A DNA stretch of 34,008 nt from Parvularia atlantis (GCA_943704415.1 CALSCO010000456.1:1-34008), one strand, 5' to 3'. Positions 23,446 to 34,008 are shown, counted from the stretch's first letter. A program made the numbers and translations. Notes: generated by a model from the sequence alone, not told the origin.

Positions 23446-24040
23446 ATGGACGCCGGTCACGCAGCCGCGTCGCGCGTCGCGGGGCGCGACGAGGGCTCGG
23501 TGCGCGAGCTCAACCTGGACACGGTCCGGCTGACGTCCGGTGCGTGCGCGCGCGCGCACGCGTGCATCCCTCGGCCACACGGGGCTCGTCTGGAGGCCGT
23601 GGGCGACGGGGACGGCGCAGGCCAGAAGCGCAGGGGGGAAAAAAAACCGTTTGCGATGTTTGCGCGTCCGTGGCGCGCCGGGGGACGGCGCTGCGCCGGC
23701 CGCACTGGCTGCGCGCGCGAGCAGCCGGCACGGTGCTGACGGCCGCGTGGCACAGTGGCCGGCCTCAGCCCCAAGCTGGCCGCGCTGCGCTCGCTCTCGC
23801 TCAACAACACCGGGCTGACGTCGCTTGAGGGCCTGCCGCATCTGCCGAGCCTGCGCAAGGCGCGCCGCAACTCGCGCGAGCGGGCGTTGTGTGCTGATGC
23901 CCGTGCGACGCAGCTCTACGCGGCAGACAACAATATCGCGGGCGGGCTCGACTGCCTCGTGCGGGCCAACCTCGTCAACCTGACAGTGCTCGACCTGAGC
24001 AACAACCATATTGCGACGTTTGACCAGCTGCGGCCACTGG

Positions 24041-24093
<53 letters not shown>

Positions 24094-25167
24094 GCAGACT
24101 GTGTGTCCAGCCGGTGTCGCGTGACGCACGCGCGCCCGCAGAAGCAGCTGCCCAACCTGAGGCACCTCGACCTGCTCCAGTGCGACGTGTGCAAGACGCA
24201 GGGCTTCCGCGAAAAGACGTTCACGCTCATCCCGTCGCTGGTCACGCTCAACGGCATGGACAAGTGCGTAGCGTGAGTGGCATGCGTAGCGGGGGGGCTG
24301 ACGGGCGCGGAACGCAGGCACGGGACAGAGATTGAGGAGGACGACGACGAGGACGACGACGAGGACAACGACGAGGGCGAGGACGACGAGGGCGAGGACG
24401 ACGCGCCGGCGGAGCAGGAGGACGACGAAGGGGAGGACGACGAGGGCGGCGTCGCGGCCAACGGCGGCGTCGATGACGGCGAGGGCGACGGGGAGGCGGA
24501 CGACGACAACAACGACGACGACGGCGACGAGGTCACGTGCTCGCGATGCCCGCCCGCAGACGCTGACGCGCGGTGCAGGCGGCTGAGGGCCGGTTCACCA
24601 GCGAGGGCGAGTCGGCGGCAGGGCTGTCGAGCGATGCGATTGAGCCCGGCGACAACGGCGACGAGGAGATGCAGGAGGAGTACTTGCCGGAGGTGCGCCG
24701 CGGCTGAACACGCGCTCGAGGGACACACGCACGCTCACACGGGCGCCTAGTCGGACGAGGCGTTTGCCGACTCGGCCTCGGAGGGCTACATGCCCGGGCT
24801 GCAGAACACGTCCTTCTCGCTGCAGATGCAGGGCAACGGCGGCAGCGAGCCGGAGCAGCTGTTCATGGGCGAGCCCGACGCGCTCACGGCGTACGACAGC
24901 ACAAGCCTAAGTGACGAAAGGTACTACCAGATCCACGGCTCGGGCCAGAAGCGGAAACTGGACCAGACCGACATCGACGCGGCCGCCGCGGCCGCCGCCT
25001 CCTCGGGGCAAGACGACCGCGCGGTGTGCTCGCGCTGCCGCTGCGTGCCGTGCGGCTCACGCGCGTGCGTGCGCTGCTGCTGCGGCGCACAGACAAGAGT
25101 CAAGACGGCAGAGGCCGCCGACAGTACGGACGCTCTGCTGGACCTGAACGATGTGTACGACGCGTGA
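23446..25167 (+). CDS. ANP32: Acidic leucine-rich nuclear phosphoprotein 32 family, about 7 introns
   Basis: VRELNLD, LSLNNTGLTSLEGLPHLPSLRK|LYAADNNIAGGL, LDLSNNHI, LRHLDL, LRR cap FREKTFTLIPSLVTLNG, D/E-rich tail, KRK putative NLS. Confidence 0.88.
24047..24088. repeat. (CA)21 microsatellite in an ANP32 intron
   Basis: Read directly. Confidence 0.95.
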
Positions 25168-25285
25168 GAGCGCGGCCGGGACGCGTGGCCGCCCACAGTG
25201 TTGCGACCGAGCCGCGAATGGGAAAAGTTCACGTACTACTTTCACATGGGCGTGTACAGCAGGCGGGGCTCTCTGCCCGGCACGC

Positions 25286-26502
25286 TCACTGATCCGGCAG
25301 CGCGGGCGCGGCGGCAAAGTGCCCTGCGGGGATGAGGCCCTCGTTGATGAGCATGGCCTTGAGCAGGAGCGCGCGCTGAACGGCCGGTGTGAGTGGCACG
25401 GGCACGACACGTGCGTGTCGGGGCGCACGTACCAGGTTCGTGTCCTGCGACACGTTGGCAAAGTGCGCCAGCCAGCGCACGCTGCGCTTGGGCACGAGTG
25501 CGCGGTGGCAGACCATGACAGGCACGAGGTACGCGCGCAGCGTCGGCGTCTTGGTCGCCTGGACAAAGTGGCCGACGATCTGCGTACGTCGCCGTGAGAA
25601 CGACACGCGCCGTGTCGCCGCCGCGTCGCGCGCACCTGGCGCACGCTCGCGTGCCGCTGCTTGCAGACCGGCAGCTCGGCCAGCGACGCGCTGAACAGGC
25701 GGTACAGCCGCAGCGTGAACAGCGCGTTCTCGTACTGGTTGTGCCCGTCGACGTCATCGGTCGCGCCGAGGTTGAGCATCATCTGGCGTGCGCGGTCGAG
25801 CGGTCAACGACAGACGCGCCGGGCCGGGCCGGGCCCGTGTGCACCTCAAGGATCGATAGTGTGAACCACCCGCGCTTGCGCCCGACGTCGAAGATCACGT
25901 CAAAGACGCGGAACGAGACCCGGTGCGACGCAAACAGGCACGTTGTCAGGTCGCCCTGAGCCATCGTGCCAAAGACCGTCCGCAGCCGCTCGCGGTCGCT
26001 CTTGGTCATGCGCAGCTGCTCGACCAGGTCCTTCGACAGGCCCTGCGCCGCGCTGTGAGCCGCGGCGGACGCTTGCGCGTGTGCGTGCACGTGCGTGCCT
26101 GCTGCCCGACCCGGTCGACGAAGCGGAAGAAGCCGAAGCGGCGGCGGATCTCGGCGTACTGCTCGTCGCTGTAGAAGACGTTGCGCACGAGCGGGTCGGT
26201 GCGGCGGATGGCCAGCCAGCGCGCGAGGCCGTCGAGCGAGTGCGCGTAGACCATGTCGTTGTTGTTGGGGAACTTGACCTGGCGCGTGGCCGGTAGACGT
26301 CAGCCCGCGAGCGGCGCCATGTCGGCGTGCGCACGCGCCTTGACGAGCGGCTGCGCGTCCGCCAGACTCTCGTGGCTGAAGATGTCCTCGTCATTGACGG
26401 GCGTGGTCGCGTCTTGCGCGCGCCGGGCGTCAACGGCGCCCAGCGCACAGCCGGCAGGCGCGCACCGTCCTCGGGCAGGACGATGAGGCGGTCGTCGGCC
26501 AT
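25286..26502 (-). CDS. Unknown protein with a degenerate U-box/RING-like N-terminal segment, 6 introns
   Basis: The spliced ORF is continuous: MADDRLIV..EDIFSHESL..VYAHSLDGLARWLAIRRTDPLVRN..ALPDQ*. Product not recognised. Confidence 0.6.
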
Positions 26503-26678
26503 CGCGCAACGTCACACCGCCGCCACCGTCGCGCCAGCACCGCAGGAAAAAGCACGGCGCGAAGGGGGGGCCACCCATGCCAGCACACGCTGCCAGCACA
26601 CGCATGCGTGTTTGTAGGGGGCGCGCACAGACGCGGCTGTATGCGCTCTGTTAGCCAATTGTGAATGCTCCTCCGAGG

Positions 26679-26716
26679 ATGTACCAAGGATCAACCCAGT
26701 CGCCGCCGCCCCAGTC

Positions 26717-26779
<63 letters not shown>

Positions 26780-29550
26780 CGCGCAGAGCCTCGGGGCGGG
26801 CATGGCGCCGTCGCACGCGGCCGGGCACTACGCGCAGCTCGCGCCGCCCGTTCACAACGGCTACGACGGCGGGGCCGAATGGCACGCGGGTCTGATGCCG
26901 ACGCCGCCGGCCCGCGCCGGGCTGCCGCGCAGGTGCGTGGGGTCTGTCAGGCGCGCGTGCGGGTGCGGTGGCCGCTGACGGCGCGAGGGGTGCGCGCAGT
27001 GCGTCGTTCGCAAACGACAGCAGCGCGTACGGCATGTACAACACCTACGCCTCACCGCCGCCGCCGCACCACGCGCCGCCGCCGCAGCGGCAGCACGGCA
27101 TGCACTACGTGGGCCAGTATGCGCACCCGCTCTCGCCGCCGCAGGGCGTGCCGTTCTTCCACATGGGCGTGGTGCCGCCGTCGGCGCGCATGCACCCGCA
27201 CCCGCACCCGCATCTGCACGGCGTCCAGCAGCACCCGCAGCAGCAGCTGATGGTGTCGGCGCCGCTGTACGGCGGCCTGCCACGCTCGCACAGCGCGACG
27301 TCAAGGTGTGCGCGCGCTCGCTGGCGGGAGAATGCGCACTGACAACACGGGCGCGCAGCTCCCCGCGTGAGTACCCATACGCGCGCACGCCGTCGTCGCA
27401 GGACCGCATGGCGCGCACCAACGAGATCGGCCTGCCGCGCACCGACTCGAACCTGTCCGGGATGTCGGAGGAGGGCGACGGCGACGACCCCGTGAGCTTC
27501 GACTGGCTCGAGGAGTTCAAGGACAAGTCGCGCAACAAGCCCGTTGTCAAGGCGTGCATCAACTGCAAGCGCGCGCACCTCGCGTGCGACACCGAGCGCC
27601 CGTGCCGCCGGTGCGTCCGTCACACGTTTGTGTGTGTGTGTGTGTGTATGTGTATGCGTGGCTCACGCGCACCGCCCTGCGCGCCAGCTGCCTCGCGTCG
27701 GGCAAGCAAGACACATGTATCGACGTCGAGCACAAAAAGCGCGGCCGCCCGAAGCTGCTCAAGAACATGCCCGGCGGGAGTGTCGCGGCGTCGTCCGGTG
27801 CATTCGTGTGCGCGTGCGCGCTTGCGTGCGCTGATCGCGCCGCGCTCATGCAGAGCCGCAGAGCACGTCCCAGGCGACGCCGTCCGGCCTGCTCGGCATG
27901 GACACGCTGCAGCTGACGCGCGAAGACGCGGCGCGCCGGTCCGCCGCCCGCTCGGCGTCGCAAGGCTCGAGCCACAGCCACGGCCACGGCCACAGTCAAG
28001 GCCACGGCCAAGGCCTGCTGGCCGCGACGAGCACGCGGGCGGACCGGAGAAACATCTCGCCCAACCTCGTCGTGCCGGCTGACCTCAAGTGTATGTCGGA
28101 GAACACGCTCGACGGCATCTGCCTGTGCGTGCTCCCCTCTGCTCCCCTGGGTCGTGGTCTGGTGACGCGTCGCGCGAATGCACAGGACGGCGACGGCCGA
28201 GTGCGAGCTCATTCTCGGCTACGCTGCGCGCGACTTTGTGGGGCGCTCGATCTACGAGTTTGTGCACCAGGACGACATTGCGCTGCTGGCACAGCACCAC
28301 GCGCGCACGCTTGGCACGGACGGCAACCAGACCGTGCGCGTGCAGTTCCGGGTGCGACCACTGCGTTCACTTGCGCGTCATGCGCTGACCCGGGCCGCGC
28401 AGATGAAGCACGCCGCCGGCCACTACACCCCAGTCGACATCAGCATGAGCTCGCAGAAGAACCAGCAGACGGGGCGCGCCGACACGCTGCAGTTTTCGTT
28501 CCGGCCGCTCACGATCACGCCGCAGCAAGTGGCGGTGAGCGAGGGCACAGCAGGTTGCACTTGGCCGCGACCGCGTTGCTGACCGCGGCGGGCGCAGGCG
28601 CACCACGAGCGCACCCAGCACCTGGCGTCAATGAGGTGAGCGGCCGCGCACGGCCGTCTGCGCCGCGGCGCCGGCTGATACGCTCGGTGCGCAGCAGCAA
28701 GTCGTTTGAGTCGCTCACGGCCGCGGCCGCCGAGGCGGCGCAGTACGAGCTCAGCGCGAGCGCATCGGGCTCGTCGGCGGCCGCGACGGGCCCGTCGGAG
28801 GACGGCGCGAGCAGCGGCGGCGGCGACGTGCTTGGCGGGGACGCGAGTGGGGCCAGCGGCGTGTCGATCGTCATCACGCCGGCCGACCGCAGCGCGCGGC
28901 CGAGCCTGAGCTCGATTGGCGGGAGTGCGTCCGACCTGAACGTGCACCGTCTGGTGGCGCTGCTGGACAACCAGTCGCACCCGGACCTGGGGCTGCTGTC
29001 GTCGACGCAGGGGCCGGGCGAGTGGTCCAACCCGACGACGCCGGCGTCGCTTGAGACGTACATGATCGACCTGTCGGGGTCGTCGCGGCGGACGAGCGAC
29101 CTGGCGACGCTGATGGACGCGCGCAACGTGCAGCAGCTGCAAGAGACGAACAGCCGGCGCACGTCCGAGCTCATGCCCATGCCGTCTGTCGCGGCCGCTG
29201 CCGAGCTGATGATGCTCTACCAGCAGCAGCAACAGCAGCAGCAACAGCAGCAGCAAGCGCAGGGCTCGGCCGCGCAGGACTACCTCGCCCGCCGCGGCAG
29301 CGACCGCTCGCTGGCCGAGCTCGTGGCCCTCGCGACGATGGCCGGCGACGTCTCCGCGGCCGACTACGCCGTGTACAAGCGCGCGCGCATGGGCTCGCTC
29401 GAGGGCCTGGCGCCGCCGCCGCCGCGGCAGCCAGCACCGCAGCAGCCGCCGGCGCGGCTGGTGCCGCAGGTGCCGGCGCCGGACGGCGACGCGGCCGCCG
29501 CGTTCGACAGCGGCCAGCTGCAGTTTGTGATCAACCACTTCCAGCAGCAA

Positions 29551-29591
<41 letters not shown>

Positions 29592-29715
29592 ACAGCAATC
29601 GGCGTTCTTCGGCTACGGCGGCGTGCCCACGCCGGCATTTGGCACGACTGCCACCGGCGCCACGCCCACGGCCTCGCCCGCGCCCGGCGCCGCGTCCGGC
29701 TCGCCCTTTCCTTGA
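26679..29715 (+). CDS. Zn(II)2Cys6 plus PAS transcription factor with polyQ tracts, about 8 introns
   Basis: KACINCKRAHLACDTERPCRRCLASGKQDTCIDVEHKKRGRPK after splicing. PAS: TLDGICLTATAECELILGYAARDFVGRSIYEFVHQDD..MKHAAGHY. Q-rich termini. Confidence 0.85.
26721..26777 (+). repeat. Pure (CAG)19 coding repeat (Q20 tract)
   Basis: Read directly; uninterrupted, unlike the CAG/CAA-mixed tracts at about 29221 and 29542. Confidence 0.95.
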
Positions 29716-29810
29716 GATGTGTACCTGGCAGCATTGCCATTCAACCCCCAATGCGGAAGATCCACGCATGGTGACAGCTGGCGCCACTTTTGAACCAGCA
29801 GGGCCGCCTG

Positions 29811-31575
29811 ATGGACAGCGTCGTGCTCGGCCTGCGGCCCGTCGAGTGGGTCGGCCTACTCGGCCTCGTGGCCGTGGTCGCATACTTTGTCGTGCCGCGC
29901 CCGAAGCGCGTGCCCAAGGAGATCACGCCGGGCAAGTACACGGACGACGCACAGGTTGACACGCGCGCGCACACGACCCAGCCGCGCTCAACCCGCGTGC
30001 GCGCAGAACAAGAGCCGCGCCTTCTACGACGTCGCGATCGTCGGCGCGGGCCCGTCGGGCTCGACCGCGGCCTACTACCTGTGCAAGGGCGGCGCCAAGA
30101 CGCTCCTGCTCGAGAAGGCCAAGTTCCCGCGCGACAAGCACTGCGGCGACGCCGTGTGCAAGATCGCGATCGAGATCCTCCACGACATGGGCGTGTACGA
30201 CGAGCTCATCCGCGACAACAAGGCGCACGTGGCCGACTCGGGTGGCCTCGTCTCGCCCAGCGGCTACAGCTTCATCGGCGCGAGCCACAAGGTCTTTTTT
30301 ATTTTCTGGCGAACCGCCTTCGCCCTCTGCTCAAACGTTGCGCCCCGCCAGGTCCTCGGCAAGATCCCGGCCGCGCTCGCCTGCAAGCGCATCCTGCTGG
30401 ACGAGGCCATCGCCCGCGCGGCGCAGAAGCAGGGCGCGGACCTGAAGGAGGAGCACAGCGTGACCGACGCCAAGTTTGACAGCGCCTCGGGCCTGTGGAC
30501 GGTGACCTGCGAAGGTCCGCCCGCCGCGCATCTCCCCCCTCGTGCGCGCGCGCTCAGTGCACTGACGCTCGCGCGCGCGCGCGCGCGCACCAGGCGGCCA
30601 CCAGTACCAGGCGCGCGTGCTCGTCTGCGCCGACGGCGCGCCCTCGCGCCTCGCCACGCAGCTCGGCTACATCCACGAGGCGCCGCAGGGCGTGTGCTCG
30701 CGCGCGTACGTCAAGGGCAACCGGCACCAGTTCCCCGCCGACGGCGTCGTGTTCTACAACCAGGGCATGCTGCCGGGCTACTACGCGCTGTTCCGGCACC
30801 CGAATGACGAGCTCAACTACTGTGTCTACCTCATTCCCGGTGCGGTACACGAGCCCCAGCGTGCGCGTGGCGCTGACGTGCGCGTACGCAGGCAACCCGA
30901 AGGTGCTCAACGACGACCTCAAGAAGTGGCACGACTACCTCATGGTCAACGACCGCTGGATCGTCGACTCGCTCGGCGAGGGCTTCGACCCGGAGAACGA
31001 CATCGAGCGCATGAAGGCCGGCCCGCTGCGCCTGGGCGGGATCAACAACAGCTACGACCGCCACTTGCTGATCGTGGGCGACGCCGCGGGCATGATCGAC
31101 CCGATGACGGGTGAGGGCATCCACCACGCGATGGACTCAGGCCGGATCGCGGCCAACCACCTCCTGCGCTGCATCAAGGCCGGCAACTACAGCAAGGAGG
31201 TCATGTCGATCTACCAGGACACGTGGAAGGAGCTCTTCGGCGACGACTTTGCCTGGTGCGCGAGGCTGCGGCGCCGCTCGCGCGCGTGGCTGCTCACCCA
31301 CCGCGCTACCGCACAGGTCCATGGCCATCTGCCAGCTGCTCTTCCGCTACCCGATCCTGCTCGACGCCGCAACCAAGGCCGTCGCGCGCAAGGGCGATGA
31401 GTTCCTGGCGCGCTGGGCCGACATCATGACCGGCCGCGTGCCCAAGGTCCACCTGCTCCGGCCCGAGTTTGTCATCGTCGTCGGCTTTGAGCTGATCGTG
31501 CTGCTGATCCAGCGCGGTCTCGGCCTCGAGAAGAAGCCCAACGCGGCCCCGCCGAGCAAGAAGAAGTCGGAGTGA
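29811..31575 (+). CDS. Geranylgeranyl-reductase-family FAD-dependent oxidoreductase with N-terminal membrane anchor, 5 introns
   Basis: YDVAIVGAGPSGS, LLEKAKFPRDKHCGDAV, RILLD, VCADGAPS, LIVGDAAGMIDPMTGEGIHHAMDSG. Confidence 0.88.
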
Positions 31576-31655
31576 GCGGGCAGGGCGCGGTGGGGCAGCT
31601 GTGTGTGTGTGAAAAGCACGTGGCGGGCACTTTTGCCTCACTCTGCGGCGCCACG

Positions 31656-32622
31656 ATGAGTGCGCTCTGGACTACGCGCCTGCAGACCGTGCGCGCCAAG
31701 GGCGATGCGGTGCGCGCTTGCCCGGCCCCGCGTCTTGCCGCTCACCGCCATTGCCAGGCGCTCGCCGAGTGGGCGCAGCTCGCGGCCCGGCTCGACGCCG
31801 AGCAGCACGAGGCAGAGCGCCTGTCGCGCGCGTGCCAGGCCGGCACGGCGCAGCTGGTGCGCGACGCCCGACGCGCCTAGTTAAGCCGGCTACTGCGCGG
31901 CGGCATCGCAGCTCGAGCAGCGGACGGAGGCGGCCGCCCTGCGGTGGGCGCACACGCGCGCGCACTCGTGATCTGAGCGGGCAAGCGCGCAGACACGACA
32001 TCCGCACGGCGCTGCAGGGCCTGGCTGACCGGCGCCGCGGCACGTCGTTCTTCGCGCTGCGGCAGCAGGCGCGCCGGCGTGCGCGCGAAGCCCGCGAGGC
32101 GCTGGCGTCGGTGCTGCGAGGTGCGCCGGGGCGCGGGGCCGGGTGCCGATGCGGTCGCTCAGGGCTGCTGCGGCGGCGGGCAGAGCTGGCCGAGACGCAA
32201 CAGCGCCACCGGCAGGTGCAGGCGCAGACGGACGAGCTCAAGACGCTGCAGGCCGTGGCCGAGAGCGTGCAGCAGGCGACGGAGCGTGCGTGCGCGAGCC
32301 GGCGCGCGGCAGTCGATGCTCACGTCCGCGCAGAGCTCAAGCAAGAGGTCGCGCAGACGCGCAGCAGCGTCCATAGCACGCACGCGCTGCTGCACCACGA
32401 GCGCACAGTCTTCGACGAGCGCAAGCGCCGGCACGCGCCCCCCTTGCCGCGCCCGCCCGACCCGCCTGACCCGCCTGACACACCCGCCCGCCCGCACGCC
32501 CGCACGCCCGCACGTCCGCACGCAGTCTCGAGGCCGAGCTGACCAAACTGCAGGTGGAGAACCTGGGCGACTACGAGCGCGGGCTTGAGCGCGAGCTGGC
32601 CACGCCTGAGAGAGCCGCGTGA
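31656..32622 (+). CDS. Unknown all-helical coiled-coil protein (possibly BAR-like), 6 introns
   Basis: ccacgATG, then a continuous spliced ORF MSALWTTRLQ..FDERKRRLEAELTKLQVENLGDYERGLE..*. Family not recognised. Confidence 0.55.
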
Positions 32623-32664
32623 GTGAGTGTGCGACACATTATCGTTCCGGTGTGCGCCACGAGG

Positions 32665-34008
32665 ATGTCTGCGGCTGCTGTGACCGCGGCGGCGACGGCG
32701 GCGGCGGGCGGCGGCGGCAGCGGTGGCGGCGTGCGTGCGTTCAAGGACCGCGAGAAGCCTGCGGACGTGCGCCTGAGCAACATCACCGCAGCCAAGGGTG
32801 CGCCGCGCCGTCCTTTCCTTGCGCGTGCACTCTGACCCTTGCTTCGCGCGCGCCGCGCAGCCGTGGCCGATGCCGCACGCACGTCACTCGGCCCCAAGGG
32901 CATGGACAAGATGGTACGTGCGACGGGCAACCGCGGGCGCGCGCGGGACGAGGATGGTCAACGAGATTTCTGTCTGAGCGGCGCGGCGCTGCTCGCCTTG
33001 CGCGCGCCCGCGCCGCAGTGCTTACAGAATTTCCCTTTGCTGCTGAGTCTCTCTCTCTCTCTCTCTCTCCGCGTGCCGTCGTCCTCGCGCCGCGTGCTGC
33101 CGTCCGCAGCCGCGTGCTCACGCGCCCGCGCCCGCCCCGCCGCCAGATCGTCAAGGGCGACGGCGAGGTCGTCATCACGAACGACGGCGCGACGATCCTC
33201 AAGACCATGGCCGTGCAGCACCCGGCGGCCAAGATGGTGCGCGCGTCGCGCTGCGACGGCGAGGCCGCCGGGCGTGACCGATGGCCGCGCGACGCAGCTC
33301 GTCGAGCTGTCGCAGGCGCAGGACATCGAGGCCGGCGACGGCACGACGTCCGTGGTCGTGCTCGCGGGCAGCATGCTGCACGAGTGCGAGGGCCTGCTGG
33401 CCAAGGGTGCGCGCGGCGTGCAGGCGCGTGCGCATGAGGCTGACGTGGGCCGCAGGCATCCACGCGTCGCAGATCTCGGACGGCTGGAAGTACGCGCAGA
33501 CCAAGGCGATCGAGTACCTGACCGAGATCTCGCAACCGGTCGACCTGGCCGACCGCGAGTCTCTGCTCAAGAGCGCGACGACGTCGCTCAACTCCAAAGT
33601 GGTGTCGCAGTACTCGAGCCTGCTCGGCCCGATCGCGGTCGACTCGGTCCTGCACGTGATCAACCCTGCGCTCGACGATAACGTCGATCTGCGCGACATC
33701 CGCCTGGTCAAAAAGGTGCGGGCGTGGGCGGACGTGCGCGCATTTCATTGCGGCCCTTGACGCCGCGGTGCCAGGTTGGCGGCACGATCGACGACACGGA
33801 GATGTCGCCCGGGCTGATCCTGGCGCAAAACGTGATCACGAGCGCCGGCGGGCCCACGCGCATGGAGAAGGCCAAGATCGGCCTGATCCAGTTCCAGCTG
33901 TCACCGCCAAAGTCGGACGTGCGTGTGCGGTCGCGCGGTTCTCGCGGCATGCTGAGGCGCGCGGGACCTGCGCGAGAAGGTCTGGCGCACCTATTACAGC
34001 CGCGGCGA
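32665..34008 (+). CDS. CCT4: Chaperonin CCT/TRiC subunit delta, 5' part (runs off window)
   Basis: [84 protein letters not shown]. Confidence 0.95.
32945..33051 (+). ncRNA. Candidate intron-encoded box C/D snoRNA in CCT4 intron 2 (32914-33147)
   Basis: Terminal stem GGGAC/GTCTC; variant box C AGGATGG (32951-32957); D' CTGA (32974-32977); 9-bp stem; degenerate C' GTGCTTA (33018-33024); box D CTGA (33043-33046). Confidence 0.65.
33048..33069. repeat. (TC)11 microsatellite in CCT4 intron 2
   Basis: Read directly. Confidence 0.9.

Noticed and set aside
23539..23755. Long ANP32 intron 1 as a possible snoRNA host
   Set aside because: One weak hairpin is present, but no convincing C/D or H/ACA boxes in the right geometry.
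32932..33012. 13-bp GC stem in the CCT4 intron as a riboswitch or MITE
   Set aside because: No TPP-aptamer core or target-site duplication. The stem is GC-only and competes with the better supported C/D snoRNA fold.
489..33774. Introner-type mobile introns, given the uniform short introns
   Set aside because: The introns share only splice signals and GC-dinucleotide runs; I saw no near-identical intron copies, terminal inverted repeats or target-site duplications.
212..33950. Many long overlapping Arg/Ala-rich ORFs in the six-frame track
   Set aside because: They are shadow frames expected from very high GC and stop-poor sequence; spliced models on the coding strand explain the signal.
287..34008. 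Alternative genetic code or stop-codon reassignment
   Set aside because: No in-frame stops remain in conserved exons after splicing, and genes end in ordinary TGA or TAG.

Overview
Very GC-rich, gene-dense eukaryotic DNA, not prokaryotic. The ORF track is fragmented because genes are cut by about 110 short spliceosomal introns (mostly 47-80 nt; donor GTGCGY, branch-like CTGAC/CTCAC, acceptor YAG). By manual splicing I reconstruct 16 genes in order: TMEM62-like metallophosphoesterase, class II myosin heavy chain, sulfotransferase, HAM1/DUF4449-like protein, M14 carboxypeptidase homologue, eIF3e, an RRM protein, PSMG3, a GPR157-like GPCR, a Zn2Cys6-PAS factor, ANP32, a U-box-like unknown, a second Zn2Cys6-PAS factor, a geranylgeranyl-reductase-family flavoprotein, a coiled-coil unknown and partial CCT4. 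The gene mix suggests an amorphean protist, possibly a fungal relative (inference). The best leads are: an intron-encoded box C/D snoRNA candidate in CCT4; a secreted pseudo-carboxypeptidase lacking its catalytic residues; a ~1220-aa short-tailed myosin II; an RRM protein with an unrecognised tandem 73-aa domain; frequent GC-AG introns; 42-95 nt intergenic spacers; and a possible GUG start. I found no convincing mobile element, CRISPR array or multi-gene novel system. All family calls are motif recognition by eye; no database search was run.
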